Of a DNA stretch of 64,000 bases, positions 41,332 to 49,952 are shown one piece after another. The notes under the pieces were generated by a model. The model was not told the DNA's origin. It was given only the letters and a program-made list of their open reading frames with translations, and did no database searches. The stretch lies in the IMG/VR virus record IMGVR_UViG_3300024507_000487. One strand, given 5' to 3'. How positions within the stretch are numbered: position 1 is the first letter of the stretch; each line of letters opens with the position of its first letter. Position numbers and translations under genes: made by a program. This stretch comes from an uncultured virus (IMG/VR IMGVR_UViG_3300024507_000487). Its lineage: Duplodnaviria; Heunggongvirae; Uroviricota; Caudoviricetes.

Positions 41332-42138
41332 TTATTTAAAAGCTTTAAATCCAGCAGCAATTTCACGCCATGCAGAAGCAAAATCTTGTTTAGTTACCAT
41401 CTTATTATCTTTGTAAAGACCATAAAGCTTTTCTTGGATTTCGTTAAAAACAATTTCCCATTTTGACCTATCTCCACCAACAGCAGCAATTGAAGAGCGA
41501 TTAGCTTCTGCTGTCTTTTTCAAAATATCTTCTTGGTCATCAATAGTTCCAGCAGCAATAGCAGCAGCTATTCCTTCAAATGATTTGGCTAAAGCATTAG
41601 CCTGTTTAGCCTTATCAGATTTAGATAAATTGATTTTCGTTTTAGTCAAATTATAAATAAATGGAGAAAGATTATACTTTCCCTCTGGAAAATTTGGTTC
41701 TGGTTCTGGATTAGGATTGGGGTTTGGATTTGGTTCTGGTGCAGGAGGAGCTTCATCGCCGATAAGAACATCGGTAGATAAGAATGCTGTTCTTGCAGCA
41801 GTCTCGGTAATTTTATCCTGTTCTTTAACTGCATAAAGATATGTTACGGCAACAAGAGCTTTTAGTCTTTTCGGCTGAATTCCAGCACCAAAGAAAACAC
41901 CGCCATTATAATCTCTAACTCTTTTTTCGGTATATCCATCAAGAACTTTCCAAGTATAAGTAGTTTCTACTAAATATTGAGGAGGGCTTTTGATCGGGCT
42001 TACAGATAAATCAACAAGTTCTCCAAGAGCAATTGGTGTTTCAGCACCAACAATTTTTTGATCTGGAATTACAAATTTTTCTGCAAAAACATTGAAGGAA
42101 AAAACAAGTGCTAAAGCAAAAGACAAAATAATCTTCAT
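41332..42138 (-). CDS. Secreted protein with Pro/Asn linker
   Basis: Signal peptide MKIILSFALALVFSFNVFA; PAPEPNPNPNPNPEPEP linker; GAGGA SD. Confidence 0.7.
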   Translation of the reverse strand: MKIILSFALALVFSFNVFAEKFVIPDQKIVGAETPIALGELVDLSVSPIKSPPQYLVETTYTWKVLDGYTEKRVRDYNGGVFFGAGIQPKRLKALVAVTYLYAVKEQDKITETAARTAFLSTDVLIGDEAPPAPEPNPNPNPNPEPEPNFPEGKYNLSPFIYNLTKTKINLSKSDKAKQANALAKSFEGIAAAIAAGTIDDQEDILKKTAEANRSSIAAVGGDRSKWEIVFNEIQEKLYGLYKDNKMVTKQDFASAWREIAAGFKAFK

Positions 42139-42284
42139 TTTTTGTTTTCCTCTATCAAACATTTGTCCGTGTGTTTATGTGGTTGAAAATTTTTAGAAAT
42201 ATAAATTAGGGCAGTAATTGCTGCCCCAAATATAACTACAGTTACAATATCAAAAATTACTTCCCAAAATATTTTTTTTATCAA
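42135..42284 (-). CDS. Small single-TM protein (49 aa, not in the ORF track)
   Basis: TTG start overlapping the upstream stop; MIKKIFWEVIFDIVTVVIFGAAITALIYISK...; stop overlaps the next ATG. Confidence 0.5.
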   Translation of the reverse strand: MIKKIFWEVIFDIVTVVIFGAAITALIYISKNFQPHKHTDKCLIEENKK

Positions 42285-42541
42285 TTCTGTCCTTGCGCCT
42301 TCTTTACAGCAAGAATGAAGTCATCGGCAGTAATCTTATTTGTATCGCCATCAAATTTATTAATAAGAAAAGTTAGAGCAGAAATAAACCAAGGTTCTTC
42401 TGTGAGTTTGACTACAGCAGCAACAATTTTGTCATCGCTATCGCCAGGAATGATTGTGGTAATCCACTTCAAAGTGGAAACAATAAGACTAATAGAGCGA
42501 GCTACTTGTTCTGGACTAATTGCAGTTTTTACATCAGACAT
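42281..42541 (-). CDS. Small amphipathic hypothetical protein
   Basis: AGGAG SD; 86 aa. Confidence 0.6.
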   Translation of the reverse strand: MSDVKTAISPEQVARSISLIVSTLKWITTIIPGDSDDKIVAAVVKLTEEPWFISALTFLINKFDGDTNKITADDFILAVKKAQGQN

Positions 42542-42552
42542 GATTACTCCTG

Positions 42553-43119
42553 TTAGTTAAAATGCCAACTACATTTTATAACATATAAATTGTTTTTCAA
42601 CACTTCTTTTTTAACATCTAAATCATTTTTTCCAGTTATTGTTTCTAAGACACCTTTGTTATTTGAACATATAGCCCAAGAAACATCTTTGTTCTTAACG
42701 GCTTTTAATAATGATTTAACAACTAAGTTTTTAGCAGGAAAAGACTTATGACAAAGTTTATTTTCTATTTCTATTTGAACTTTCTCGACATCAAACATAT
42801 TTCCTATGCCAATCCAAAATCTATATCTAGTCCAAACTTTTAATATTTCAACGCCTTTAATTTTTTCAATAGCAGATACAATTTTATCAGTAATGTCAAA
42901 ATTTGTATGGCCAACCCAAAGTTTATAAAGATTGCTGGAAAGACCATGCTCTGCCAAAGGTATTACTCCTTGCGGAGTCGATATAACTCTAACATGTTTA
43001 ATAAAATCATTTTCTTGATCAAAACTATCTTTTTGCTCTTGCTCTTCAAAATTTTTAATATCGTTATTTGTTTTAGGAGTTAATGGGTCTTCCCATTTTA
43101 ACCATTTTATTTTTCGCAT
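42553..43119 (-). CDS. Hypothetical protein
   Basis: 188-aa ORF (WVGHTNFDIT...GVEILKVWTRYRF). Confidence 0.6.
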   Translation of the reverse strand: MRKIKWLKWEDPLTPKTNNDIKNFEEQEQKDSFDQENDFIKHVRVISTPQGVIPLAEHGLSSNLYKLWVGHTNFDITDKIVSAIEKIKGVEILKVWTRYRFWIGIGNMFDVEKVQIEIENKLCHKSFPAKNLVVKSLLKAVKNKDVSWAICSNNKGVLETITGKNDLDVKKEVLKNNLYVIKCSWHFN

Positions 43120-43922
43120 TTTCCATTTTCTTCTTTAAAAAACTTTCTATATTGTTTCCAGCCAGAAAAATTTCCATATGATCTATTTGATTCCGAACAC
43201 GGTGTTGCACAATGTTCAAATGGACTCCAATGACCATCGTTTTTTAATTGGTCGTGTAACGCATAATCTTTTTCATAATCTATTACGCCTTCAAAATTTA
43301 AATAACTAACTCTAGCGCACCTTGCCACGCCAATTTTTAAAAGATTTTTTTCCTCTGGAACATTATTGATGTGTTTATCTGCAAAAGGTATGTGCCAACA
43401 TCCAATGTCAACTTTTTTTGGTATTGATTTATCTATTTCTTTTTTCATTAAAGTAGCTAATTCAAATATTTCTGGTTGAGCATTTTTATTTATTCTAAGT
43501 TTAAAAAAGTTTTCATAATCTGTGGCAGTAACAATTACAGTAGCATTAAACCAAGGTTCTAATAATCTATTTGTTATTTGTTTATGTAAGCCAAGTTCTT
43601 GTAATTTTGAAACACTATCTATCATTTTATCTCTTGCTTCTAACCATATTTTTTTAGCGTTTTCTTTTTTTTCTTCATCCAATTCTAAAAATGCTTGCAT
43701 ACCAGATTGATTTTTTCCCCAATGAACAGGAAAAACAGGATCATTAATAATTTGTTCTAAAAACTTTTTTGTTGGAATAGCACGACTACTAGCAGCATTT
43801 CTAGATAACATTCTGTGCGTATTAAATTCAGACAATATAAATCTAGGAAAAATACAAACAAAACTTGTTATTCTTTGATTGGACGGGCTTATTGAATCGG
43901 CTACTATTTCAGCAGAAATCAT
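43107..43922 (-). CDS. thyX: Flavin-dependent thymidylate synthase
   Basis: EFNTHRMLSRNAASSRAIP, HKQITNRLLEP, AQPEI, ARCARVSY, HWSPFEH. Confidence 0.9.
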   Translation of the reverse strand: MISAEIVADSISPSNQRITSFVCIFPRFILSEFNTHRMLSRNAASSRAIPTKKFLEQIINDPVFPVHWGKNQSGMQAFLELDEEKKENAKKIWLEARDKMIDSVSKLQELGLHKQITNRLLEPWFNATVIVTATDYENFFKLRINKNAQPEIFELATLMKKEIDKSIPKKVDIGCWHIPFADKHINNVPEEKNLLKIGVARCARVSYLNFEGVIDYEKDYALHDQLKNDGHWSPFEHCATPCSESNRSYGNFSGWKQYRKFFKEENGKCEK

Positions 43923-44248
43923 TGTTTTTCCTTTATTAAAAAAGCTTCAGTTGGTAATACTACTGGCCTTTCCCTTGTTTCGTTTTGGTTTGATATTCTT
44001 TTCAAAGATTGTTCAAAGGAAATTAATATATTTTCTGTCATTCTTTTATTGTTTGTTAATATTCCATACTCTGCTAAAGCATGAACTATAACTGGCTTTA
44101 AAGCCCCAACACTTAATAAAGCAAAAAAGTCGCCAGTTCTTTTTATTAAATCAAGCTCGTCCTTATTATTTTCTAGTGTTTCTAGGTTAACTTTACAGTA
44201 AACATCTTCTTTGTCTAAGAAAAAAGTTATAGAAGATAAATCAGACAT
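43919..44248 (-). CDS. Hypothetical protein
   Basis: 109-aa ORF packed in operon. Confidence 0.55.
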   Translation of the reverse strand: MSDLSSITFFLDKEDVYCKVNLETLENNKDELDLIKRTGDFFALLSVGALKPVIVHALAEYGILTNNKRMTENILISFEQSLKRISNQNETRERPVVLPTEAFLIKEKQ

Positions 44249-44657
44249 TTATTTTTCTCCTCATACAATTTCCTTCACAAAAAAATCCGTTCTTTTCATA
44301 AAAAGAAATCATATTTGATTCACAATGTAAACACAATTCATGGCACATGTTATCTTTTGCAAAATTATAACAATGTTCTAATAGTTCATAAGATATATTT
44401 TGTCCTCTGTATTTTTTTTGAACACAAAGATTTGTAATATAGCAACTATTTTTATTTTTTTTAGAAAATAAATCTATAGTTATAGTTCCAGCTACTATGT
44501 TATTAATATAAAAACAAAATATTTTGCTGTTCTTTTTCAACAAATATTGAACAAATCTTTCTAGTTCTATTTTAGCTATAAAAAATACACCTATTTCTTT
44601 AAGGCAATCAGAATAGCCATTGTATATATCATTTAATGACAATTCTTTAATTTCCAT
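44241..44657 (-). CDS. GNAT acetyltransferase (GNA1-like)
   Basis: ITNLCVQKKYRGQNIS...FYEKNGF. Confidence 0.82.
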   Translation of the reverse strand: MEIKELSLNDIYNGYSDCLKEIGVFFIAKIELERFVQYLLKKNSKIFCFYINNIVAGTITIDLFSKKNKNSCYITNLCVQKKYRGQNISYELLEHCYNFAKDNMCHELCLHCESNMISFYEKNGFFCEGNCMRRKINV

Positions 44658-45699
44658 AAATATAATCCGTTATTAACGAAGCTGTTTTTTCCCATGTTAA
44701 TTTTTTCATTTCATCGTATGCCTTTTTATTAAAATTATTTTTAAGGTTTTTCACCTTGATCATTTTACTTGCAAATTGATTTATAAAATTGTCATCAAGA
44801 TTTGGCCAATATCCTTGACCAAAAAACCATTTATTATCATATGCTTTTACTAATTTATCTACATTTACCAATTCACATATTTCATTGTTTATAAATTCTT
44901 TATGAGCAGTAGCATTTGTAGCTATACAATTTTTTCCCATAGAAAGCATTTCTGCTAATTCCATATTCCATCCTTCAGCCCTAGCAGGAAAAACACCACA
45001 ATCTGCATATGACATCAATTCAAATAATTCTTGTTGTGTTTTAAATCTATGGCTAATCTTTATTCTTTTGTCAGAAGAATAATAGCTTTCCCAATTATTT
45101 CTTTCTTCTTCGTTTAAAAACGGATTGTCACAATGCATTATAAGTTCAACATCATTGTCAGATGGGAATGCCTTTTGAAAAGCTTTTATTAAAATGTCAT
45201 GACCTTTTCTTATTTCCCATTTACCAACATTTAAAAATGTAAATTTGTTTTTGTTTAATGCTTGCTTTGGTTTATCAAAAATAGAATGATCAACACCAAA
45301 CGGAGTTTTAAATATTTTTGTTTTAACACCAGAGTTTATAGCTATATCAACAGCCCATTGAGTTGGCAAAAAAATTATATCCATACAATTCATTTGATGA
45401 ACTTCATGTTTTTGTAGTGGCTCTAATTCAAATATTGGTAATGCAGTTCTAATTCCTTTAGATGGATGCATAGATAAATCATTTTGATGCCAAATTTTTA
45501 AACTTGAAGCATCTTTATCATAAAAATCAGACTTTTTATTTAAATCTTCAAAAAATTGATAATCATTTATAGATTTGTCTATTTGTCCTATTGGCCATAA
45601 AAAAACATCGAGCTTTTTAGCAATTTCTTTAACTATGTTCGTAGATACTATTCCATATCCAAGTTGGTTAACTGGACATACTATATTAATCTTTTTCAT
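44647..45699 (-). CDS. Glycosyltransferase family 4
   Basis: LGYG, VGKWEIRKGHD, ARAEGWNMELAEMLSMG. Confidence 0.85.
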   Translation of the reverse strand: MKKINIVCPVNQLGYGIVSTNIVKEIAKKLDVFLWPIGQIDKSINDYQFFEDLNKKSDFYDKDASSLKIWHQNDLSMHPSKGIRTALPIFELEPLQKHEVHQMNCMDIIFLPTQWAVDIAINSGVKTKIFKTPFGVDHSIFDKPKQALNKNKFTFLNVGKWEIRKGHDILIKAFQKAFPSDNDVELIMHCDNPFLNEEERNNWESYYSSDKRIKISHRFKTQQELFELMSYADCGVFPARAEGWNMELAEMLSMGKNCIATNATAHKEFINNEICELVNVDKLVKAYDNKWFFGQGYWPNLDDNFINQFASKMIKVKNLKNNFNKKAYDEMKKLTWEKTASLITDYIYGN

Positions 45700-45859
45700 T
45701 CGTCTTCTTTTCTAGCAAAACAACCCCAGACATTTCCATTTCAATAAGTCTAGCAGCTTTTTTTTCTGCTCTTTGCCATTTATCTTCTTCATAGGTCATT
45801 ATTAAAGACCTTTTCTTTTTGTCTGGGAGAATGCCCCATATTTCATAGTATACGGACAT
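45686..45859 (-). CDS. Small hypothetical protein (57 aa, not in the ORF track)
   Basis: AGGAG SD; MSVYYEIWGILPDKKKRSL...; stop overlaps the GT4 start region. Confidence 0.6.
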   Translation of the reverse strand: MSVYYEIWGILPDKKKRSLIMTYEEDKWQRAEKKAARLIEMEMSGVVLLEKKTNEKD

Positions 45860-45901
45860 AGCAGACTCCTATATTGAGACTGCTATTAAATACACTTTTT
45901 T

Positions 45902-46180
45902 TTATGACAATGTTTTAATGAACTTCTCTAACTTTATGCCAAAAATTTCTTTTAGATAACCTTTTTGACACAAATTGAATATACAAGAGTCTAACTCTTT
46001 TGATCCAAAACGACCAATTGATTCAGATGGTTTTTGCTTAAAGTATAAATTTAACTTTTCTTGTATTTCATTTTTAGTTAATAGGCAATCGTCTGGAAGT
46101 ATTTGATATAAAATGCTTTCGATTGATGTATCAAACTTTTGACCAGTTCTACCATTTCTTTTTGCATAATGTGTCTTCAT
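45902..46180 (-). CDS. Hypothetical protein, possible winged helix
   Basis: GGAGG SD; LTKNEIQEKL...LCQKGYL. Confidence 0.55.
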   Translation of the reverse strand: MKTHYAKRNGRTGQKFDTSIESILYQILPDDCLLTKNEIQEKLNLYFKQKPSESIGRFGSKELDSCIFNLCQKGYLKEIFGIKLEKFIKTLS

Positions 46181-46215
46181 AACATTGCCTCCGTTATGAA
46201 GTCATTATAGAAATT

Positions 46216-46398
46216 TTAAGATGGTTTGTCTATTTCGGTGTTTTGTTTTTTTCTTAAAAAATCAAACTTTGCTTTGTTTAAATCTGTTATAAACTCATAT
46301 AAATCACTTATGTTTAATTTATAAGAATGTTTATTTATAAACAAAGTAATGTCATTATTTTCTTCTGCTGTTTTTACTTTAAAATTAAACATTACCAT
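46216..46398 (-). CDS. Hypothetical protein
   Basis: 60-aa ORF overlapping the def stop. Confidence 0.45.
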   Translation of the reverse strand: MVMFNFKVKTAEENNDITLFINKHSYKLNISDLYEFITDLNKAKFDFLRKKQNTEIDKPS

Positions 46399-46883
46399 TC
46401 TCTAGGACTTGGTGAATTTTCCCATTGAAAATCATGAATTGTTTTACCAAAAAGATGAGCTATTTCATGTTGTATTAAAGCCGATTCAAAAAGATTTGTT
46501 TTGTTTATATCCATGTTTTCAAGTTGACCAAAAAACATTTCTTCTTTTGAATAATCAGATTTTACTTTTATCCAATCATGTCTAAAAACGGTGAGTCTTT
46601 GATCTGGAAAACTTAAACACTCTTCTTCATGAGCAAACTTTGATTTTGAAAAATCTGTAATTACTGGATTTATCAAAATTAGCGGTTTATTTTTTATTAA
46701 AACAACTACTACAGAAGCATTAATTCCAAGCTGATTAGCAGCTATTCCAGCTGCTTTATTCTTATTTTTTTTATTAAAATCTTGTATAAAAACAACAAGT
46801 CTTCTTGCTATTTTTCTACCTTCTTTTATGTTTATAAAATTGCATTTTGTCTTAAGAAGTGGATTTTCCGTTAGAATCCTCAT
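46392..46883 (-). CDS. def: Peptide deformylase
   Basis: AGIAANQLG, LINP, EECLSFP, QHEIAHLFG. Confidence 0.88.
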   Translation of the reverse strand: MRILTENPLLKTKCNFINIKEGRKIARRLVVFIQDFNKKNKNKAAGIAANQLGINASVVVVLIKNKPLILINPVITDFSKSKFAHEEECLSFPDQRLTVFRHDWIKVKSDYSKEEMFFGQLENMDINKTNLFESALIQHEIAHLFGKTIHDFQWENSPSPREW

Positions 46884-47361
46884 TCAAATATTCCTCTATG
46901 TCTTTATTTATCTGTTTAGTTTTAACAAGTCCTGGTGGTATTACAGCAAATCTACATGCTCCGTCCATTTCTATTTCTTGATCTAAAATAGCACATGCAT
47001 TTTCAGATTTATGTAACGCACAATTACCGCATTTTACGCCAATATCTTTTGTTGAGTTAGTAGAAGCGCCCTCATAACCAACCCAAATACCTTCGCCTTT
47101 ATCTAAAGGACCAATTTTTTCAGCAAGAGAAAGCAATGCATTAGCTAATTCCTTTTCATCATCACTTAAACTATCGTAAAGACTTTTTCCAGCCCATTCA
47201 GCAGCTTTTTCACGCATAATTTTTGCAAACTTTTCTGGCCCTTCAATAGCCACGCCTTGTTTAATAGCTTGATTCTTTCCCTCTTTGCCAGTATAGCATT
47301 TGCCTTGATCGCCCCATTTCCAACCGTTTTTACCATTGTCGCTGCATTTTTTTAATGGCAT
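46852..47361 (-). CDS. Hypothetical protein with C-terminal HiPIP-like Cys motif
   Basis: KCGNCALH...ACAIL...DGACRF. Confidence 0.55.
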   Translation of the reverse strand: MPLKKCSDNGKNGWKWGDQGKCYTGKEGKNQAIKQGVAIEGPEKFAKIMREKAAEWAGKSLYDSLSDDEKELANALLSLAEKIGPLDKGEGIWVGYEGASTNSTKDIGVKCGNCALHKSENACAILDQEIEMDGACRFAVIPPGLVKTKQINKDIEEYLNEDSNGKSTS

Positions 47362-47735
47362 AACAATCTCCTAACTATAAGTTTACAAATTTTTAAGAAA
47401 TATTTTTCCTTAAAATTAGATTTCATCGCATTTACATCCTTGTGAACCCATTGAATATTTTCCTTAGTGTATCCTAAATCATTATCTATTCTATCCATAG
47501 AAGCAGTTCCTAAATGATAAATTTCTTTACCGTTTTTTCTGCATAAATATTTTAAATGAGTTATTTTTATTCCTGTGTAAATACATCTTCTATTTTGTTT
47601 TAGGAAAATATCCCAAGCTTCTTCTTTAGTTATATTAAATTCTATATTTCTTTTTTTTGCGTTTTTTTTAGCTAAAGCCCAATATTTACCAGATATTTCT
47701 CCGACTGTTGAATTATTATATGCTTTTCTAGACAT
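47352..47735 (-). CDS. HNH-type (His-Me finger) endonuclease
   Basis: AKKRNIEFNIT, CIYTG, SMDRIDNDLGYTKENIQWVHKDVNAMK. Confidence 0.8.
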   Translation of the reverse strand: MSRKAYNNSTVGEISGKYWALAKKNAKKRNIEFNITKEEAWDIFLKQNRRCIYTGIKITHLKYLCRKNGKEIYHLGTASMDRIDNDLGYTKENIQWVHKDVNAMKSNFKEKYFLKICKLIVRRLLCH

Positions 47736-47782
47736 AATACCCCTAGTATTAAATACACTATACTAGAGGATTATTTGCTTGT

Positions 47783-48148
47783 TTAAGTTGGACCTATTGG
47801 GTTACTAAAATTAACAGCGCTTTTATTGCATCCGCAACCACCTTGTTTTGGTTGTGCTTGATTAACTTGATTAACCTGTCCTGCTATATTTTGTGGAATA
47901 GGAGCATTAAATATATCCCATTTTCCAGCAGGGCATTTTTCAGAAGCCCATGTATTTTTGATATTTAAAAAACAACCACATAGCTTGCATGTTCCTTCTG
48001 GAGTTTTATTTTCGCAAGAGTTACATATATTCATTCTGTCATGAAATACATTTAATGGAACACGCTGAAATCCAGTAGCTGCATGTTTAACAACTGCTTT
48101 TGTAAAATTAACAGCTTTTTGAAATATACCAGGTACTGGTTCGCTCAT
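47783..48148 (-). CDS. Cys-rich protein (DUF6171-like)
   Basis: RMNICNSC...CKLCGCFL..K......CPAGKW. Confidence 0.65.
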   Translation of the reverse strand: MSEPVPGIFQKAVNFTKAVVKHAATGFQRVPLNVFHDRMNICNSCENKTPEGTCKLCGCFLNIKNTWASEKCPAGKWDIFNAPIPQNIAGQVNQVNQAQPKQGGCGCNKSAVNFSNPIGPT

Positions 48149-48450
48149 GGTCGATACTCCACTTTTAACCTATAATCTCTACAGTCTTTTATAACATTTT
48201 TATTATATGATTTCCAGCTTTTCAAATGCCCAAAAACAAAATGACATGTTTCGCATAAAACTACCAAATTAGATTCTTCAAGCTCTAAAGTTTTATCTAT
48301 GCTAAATGGTATTATGTGATGACAAGTAAGTTCCTTTTTTACTCCGCACGACAAGCACTCACCGCTTTCTTTTATAAGTTTATCTCTTAACGATGACCAT
48401 TTTCCTGATCTTGGAGTTCCAAAGAATATTGATTTTAAAAAATTAATCAT
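48145..48450 (-). CDS. HNH endonuclease
   Basis: CLSCG...HHIIP...NLVVLCETCH. Confidence 0.85.
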   Translation of the reverse strand: MINFLKSIFFGTPRSGKWSSLRDKLIKESGECLSCGVKKELTCHHIIPFSIDKTLELEESNLVVLCETCHFVFGHLKSWKSYNKNVIKDCRDYRLKVEYRP

Positions 48451-48640
48451 TGTTTATTTTTAATTCTTTTGTTTCAAATTTTGATAAAACCATATCTCTT
48501 CTTTTGTCTTTACACTTATTGCAAAATCTTATGTTTATTGGATCTATAGAAAAAAACATTTTGTTACACCAACCAAGACAATTAACCATTTTTCCTTTTG
48601 CCAGATTTTGACTTTTTTTCTTCATTTGTTTCTCTTTCAA
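48443..48640 (-). CDS. Small Zn-finger protein (paralogue of 57831..57995)
   Basis: CLGWCNKMF...RFCNKCKD. Confidence 0.6.
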   Translation of the reverse strand: MKEKQMKKKSQNLAKGKMVNCLGWCNKMFFSIDPINIRFCNKCKDKRRDMVLSKFETKELKINND

Positions 48641-49088
48641 AAACTATTGCGTCTTTATCTTTTCCAAAGTAATCAAACTTTAATTTTCCTTTAAAACCTC
48701 TATTTTTAAAGAAAGTTATACTTTCCATATCATTTTCTTTAACATAAGCAATTATTTTTGAAAAGTTTAAATTTTCAACAAAATTAAGTAATGTAGAACC
48801 AAATCCGTTTTTTCTTAAAACTGGATCTATAACTAATTTATTTATTATTAAAAAATCATCTTCTTTTGAAAAAGCAATAAATCCAATTATAGTATTGCTA
48901 ACTTGACAAATATATATAGATGTATTCTTTTTTCTAACATAATCAATAAATTCTTGTTCTTTCCAGCCGTTATTTGTTTTTAAAACCCCAAAATCAGGAT
49001 CTTCTATTAGATTTGAATCTTCTTCTATTCTGACTAAATCAACTATATTTCTTTTTAAGGCGATTTTTGTTTCTGCTATTTTTTTCAT
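48582..49088 (-). CDS. GNAT acetyltransferase (RimI-like)
   Basis: LVIDPVLRKNGFGSTLL...FFKNRGF...YFGKDKDAIVF. Confidence 0.8.
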   Translation of the reverse strand: MKKIAETKIALKRNIVDLVRIEEDSNLIEDPDFGVLKTNNGWKEQEFIDYVRKKNTSIYICQVSNTIIGFIAFSKEDDFLIINKLVIDPVLRKNGFGSTLLNFVENLNFSKIIAYVKENDMESITFFKNRGFKGKLKFDYFGKDKDAIVFERETNEEKKSKSGKRKNG

Positions 49089-49139
49089 GTTGCACCACGC
49101 TTTTTAATGCGTATCATTCTAACATACTTTTATCAGACG

Positions 49140-49430
49140 ATAAGCAAAAGGTAATGGCGTTAAATAAAAACTCAAATGTCCGGTTCTTTCGACCATTCCT
49201 ACACCGGAATAAGCTTATCACCGAAGGGTAAATACCCCAAGGGTTCTGGTTGGTAGCCAAACCAACATGGAGCAGAGAAGTAATAGTAAATCAAAAATTG
49301 AGAATGGACTTACCCCCTGTCCGCTCAAACCTAGATGATTTTACAAATCTATTTACTATTCACCCTGTAGAGGCTTATGGTAAAAGGCTCTGTTTTAATT
49401 AAATCTCTTAGAATATCTAGGAGATAATGG
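49140..49430. ncRNA. Candidate structured non-coding RNA or origin element
   Basis: ORF-free, GC-enriched; several nested inverted repeats including a perfect 10-bp stem 49282-49291/49351-49360. Confidence 0.4.
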
Positions 49431-49435
49431 GGGTT

Positions 49436-49903
49436 TTATGCAAAATAATACCAATTTGGTTGATTTCTATTTTTCCATTCAGCAATATGAGATTTTGCTT
49501 TTATATAATAGTTCTTATATCCATCTATTGGGTTTGTTTGCTTTAATTCATTTGGCATAGCTTGAACAAATTCTGTCATTTCAGTATTTTGAACTTTACA
49601 AGCATATGTTAAACATTCTTTAATTATTGCTTCGCATTTATGTACTTTTTCATACCGATAAGTATATTCTCTACAAAGTTCTAAACCTAATTCACATAAC
49701 CAAACAAAATTACCCATGCTTTCTCCTGCCCAAATAGTGCATGGGTGTTTGACATGAGTTGATTTATAAGGTGTTTTAACTCCATTTTGATTAAGAACTG
49801 TACAAAGCATTTGAGCCGTTTCTAAAGGCATTTTAACAACATGTTTGTTTACATGCCATTCAGCAGCTTGTCTTGGGTTTTTGTCTAACACAAATATGTT
49901 CAT
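49436..49903 (-). CDS. denV: Pyrimidine-dimer DNA glycosylase (DenV/Pyr_excise-like)
   Basis: MNIFVLD...KHVVKMPLETAQMLCT, HPCTIW, EYTYRYEKVH, QAMP. Confidence 0.75.
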   Translation of the reverse strand: MNIFVLDKNPRQAAEWHVNKHVVKMPLETAQMLCTVLNQNGVKTPYKSTHVKHPCTIWAGESMGNFVWLCELGLELCREYTYRYEKVHKCEAIIKECLTYACKVQNTEMTEFVQAMPNELKQTNPIDGYKNYYIKAKSHIAEWKNRNQPNWYYFA

Positions 49904-49952
49904 AACTTACTCCTTTAACATTTTATTCGCTTATTAGGGTGTAGTATTTATT

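Noticed and set aside
41694..41750. Short tandem repeats (GGTTCT/GGATT units)
   Set aside because: They simply encode the PEPNPNPNPNPEPEP linker
42208..42227. GGGCAG-TAATTG-CTGCCC hairpin as a terminator
   Set aside because: Lies within a plausible 49-aa membrane-protein ORF and has no U-tract
49170..49320. RNase P or tmRNA identity for the structured region (GGGTAAGTCC, AGAACCGGAC)
   Set aside because: P4 pairing and spacing do not fit RNase P, and no tRNA-like ends or tag ORF are present
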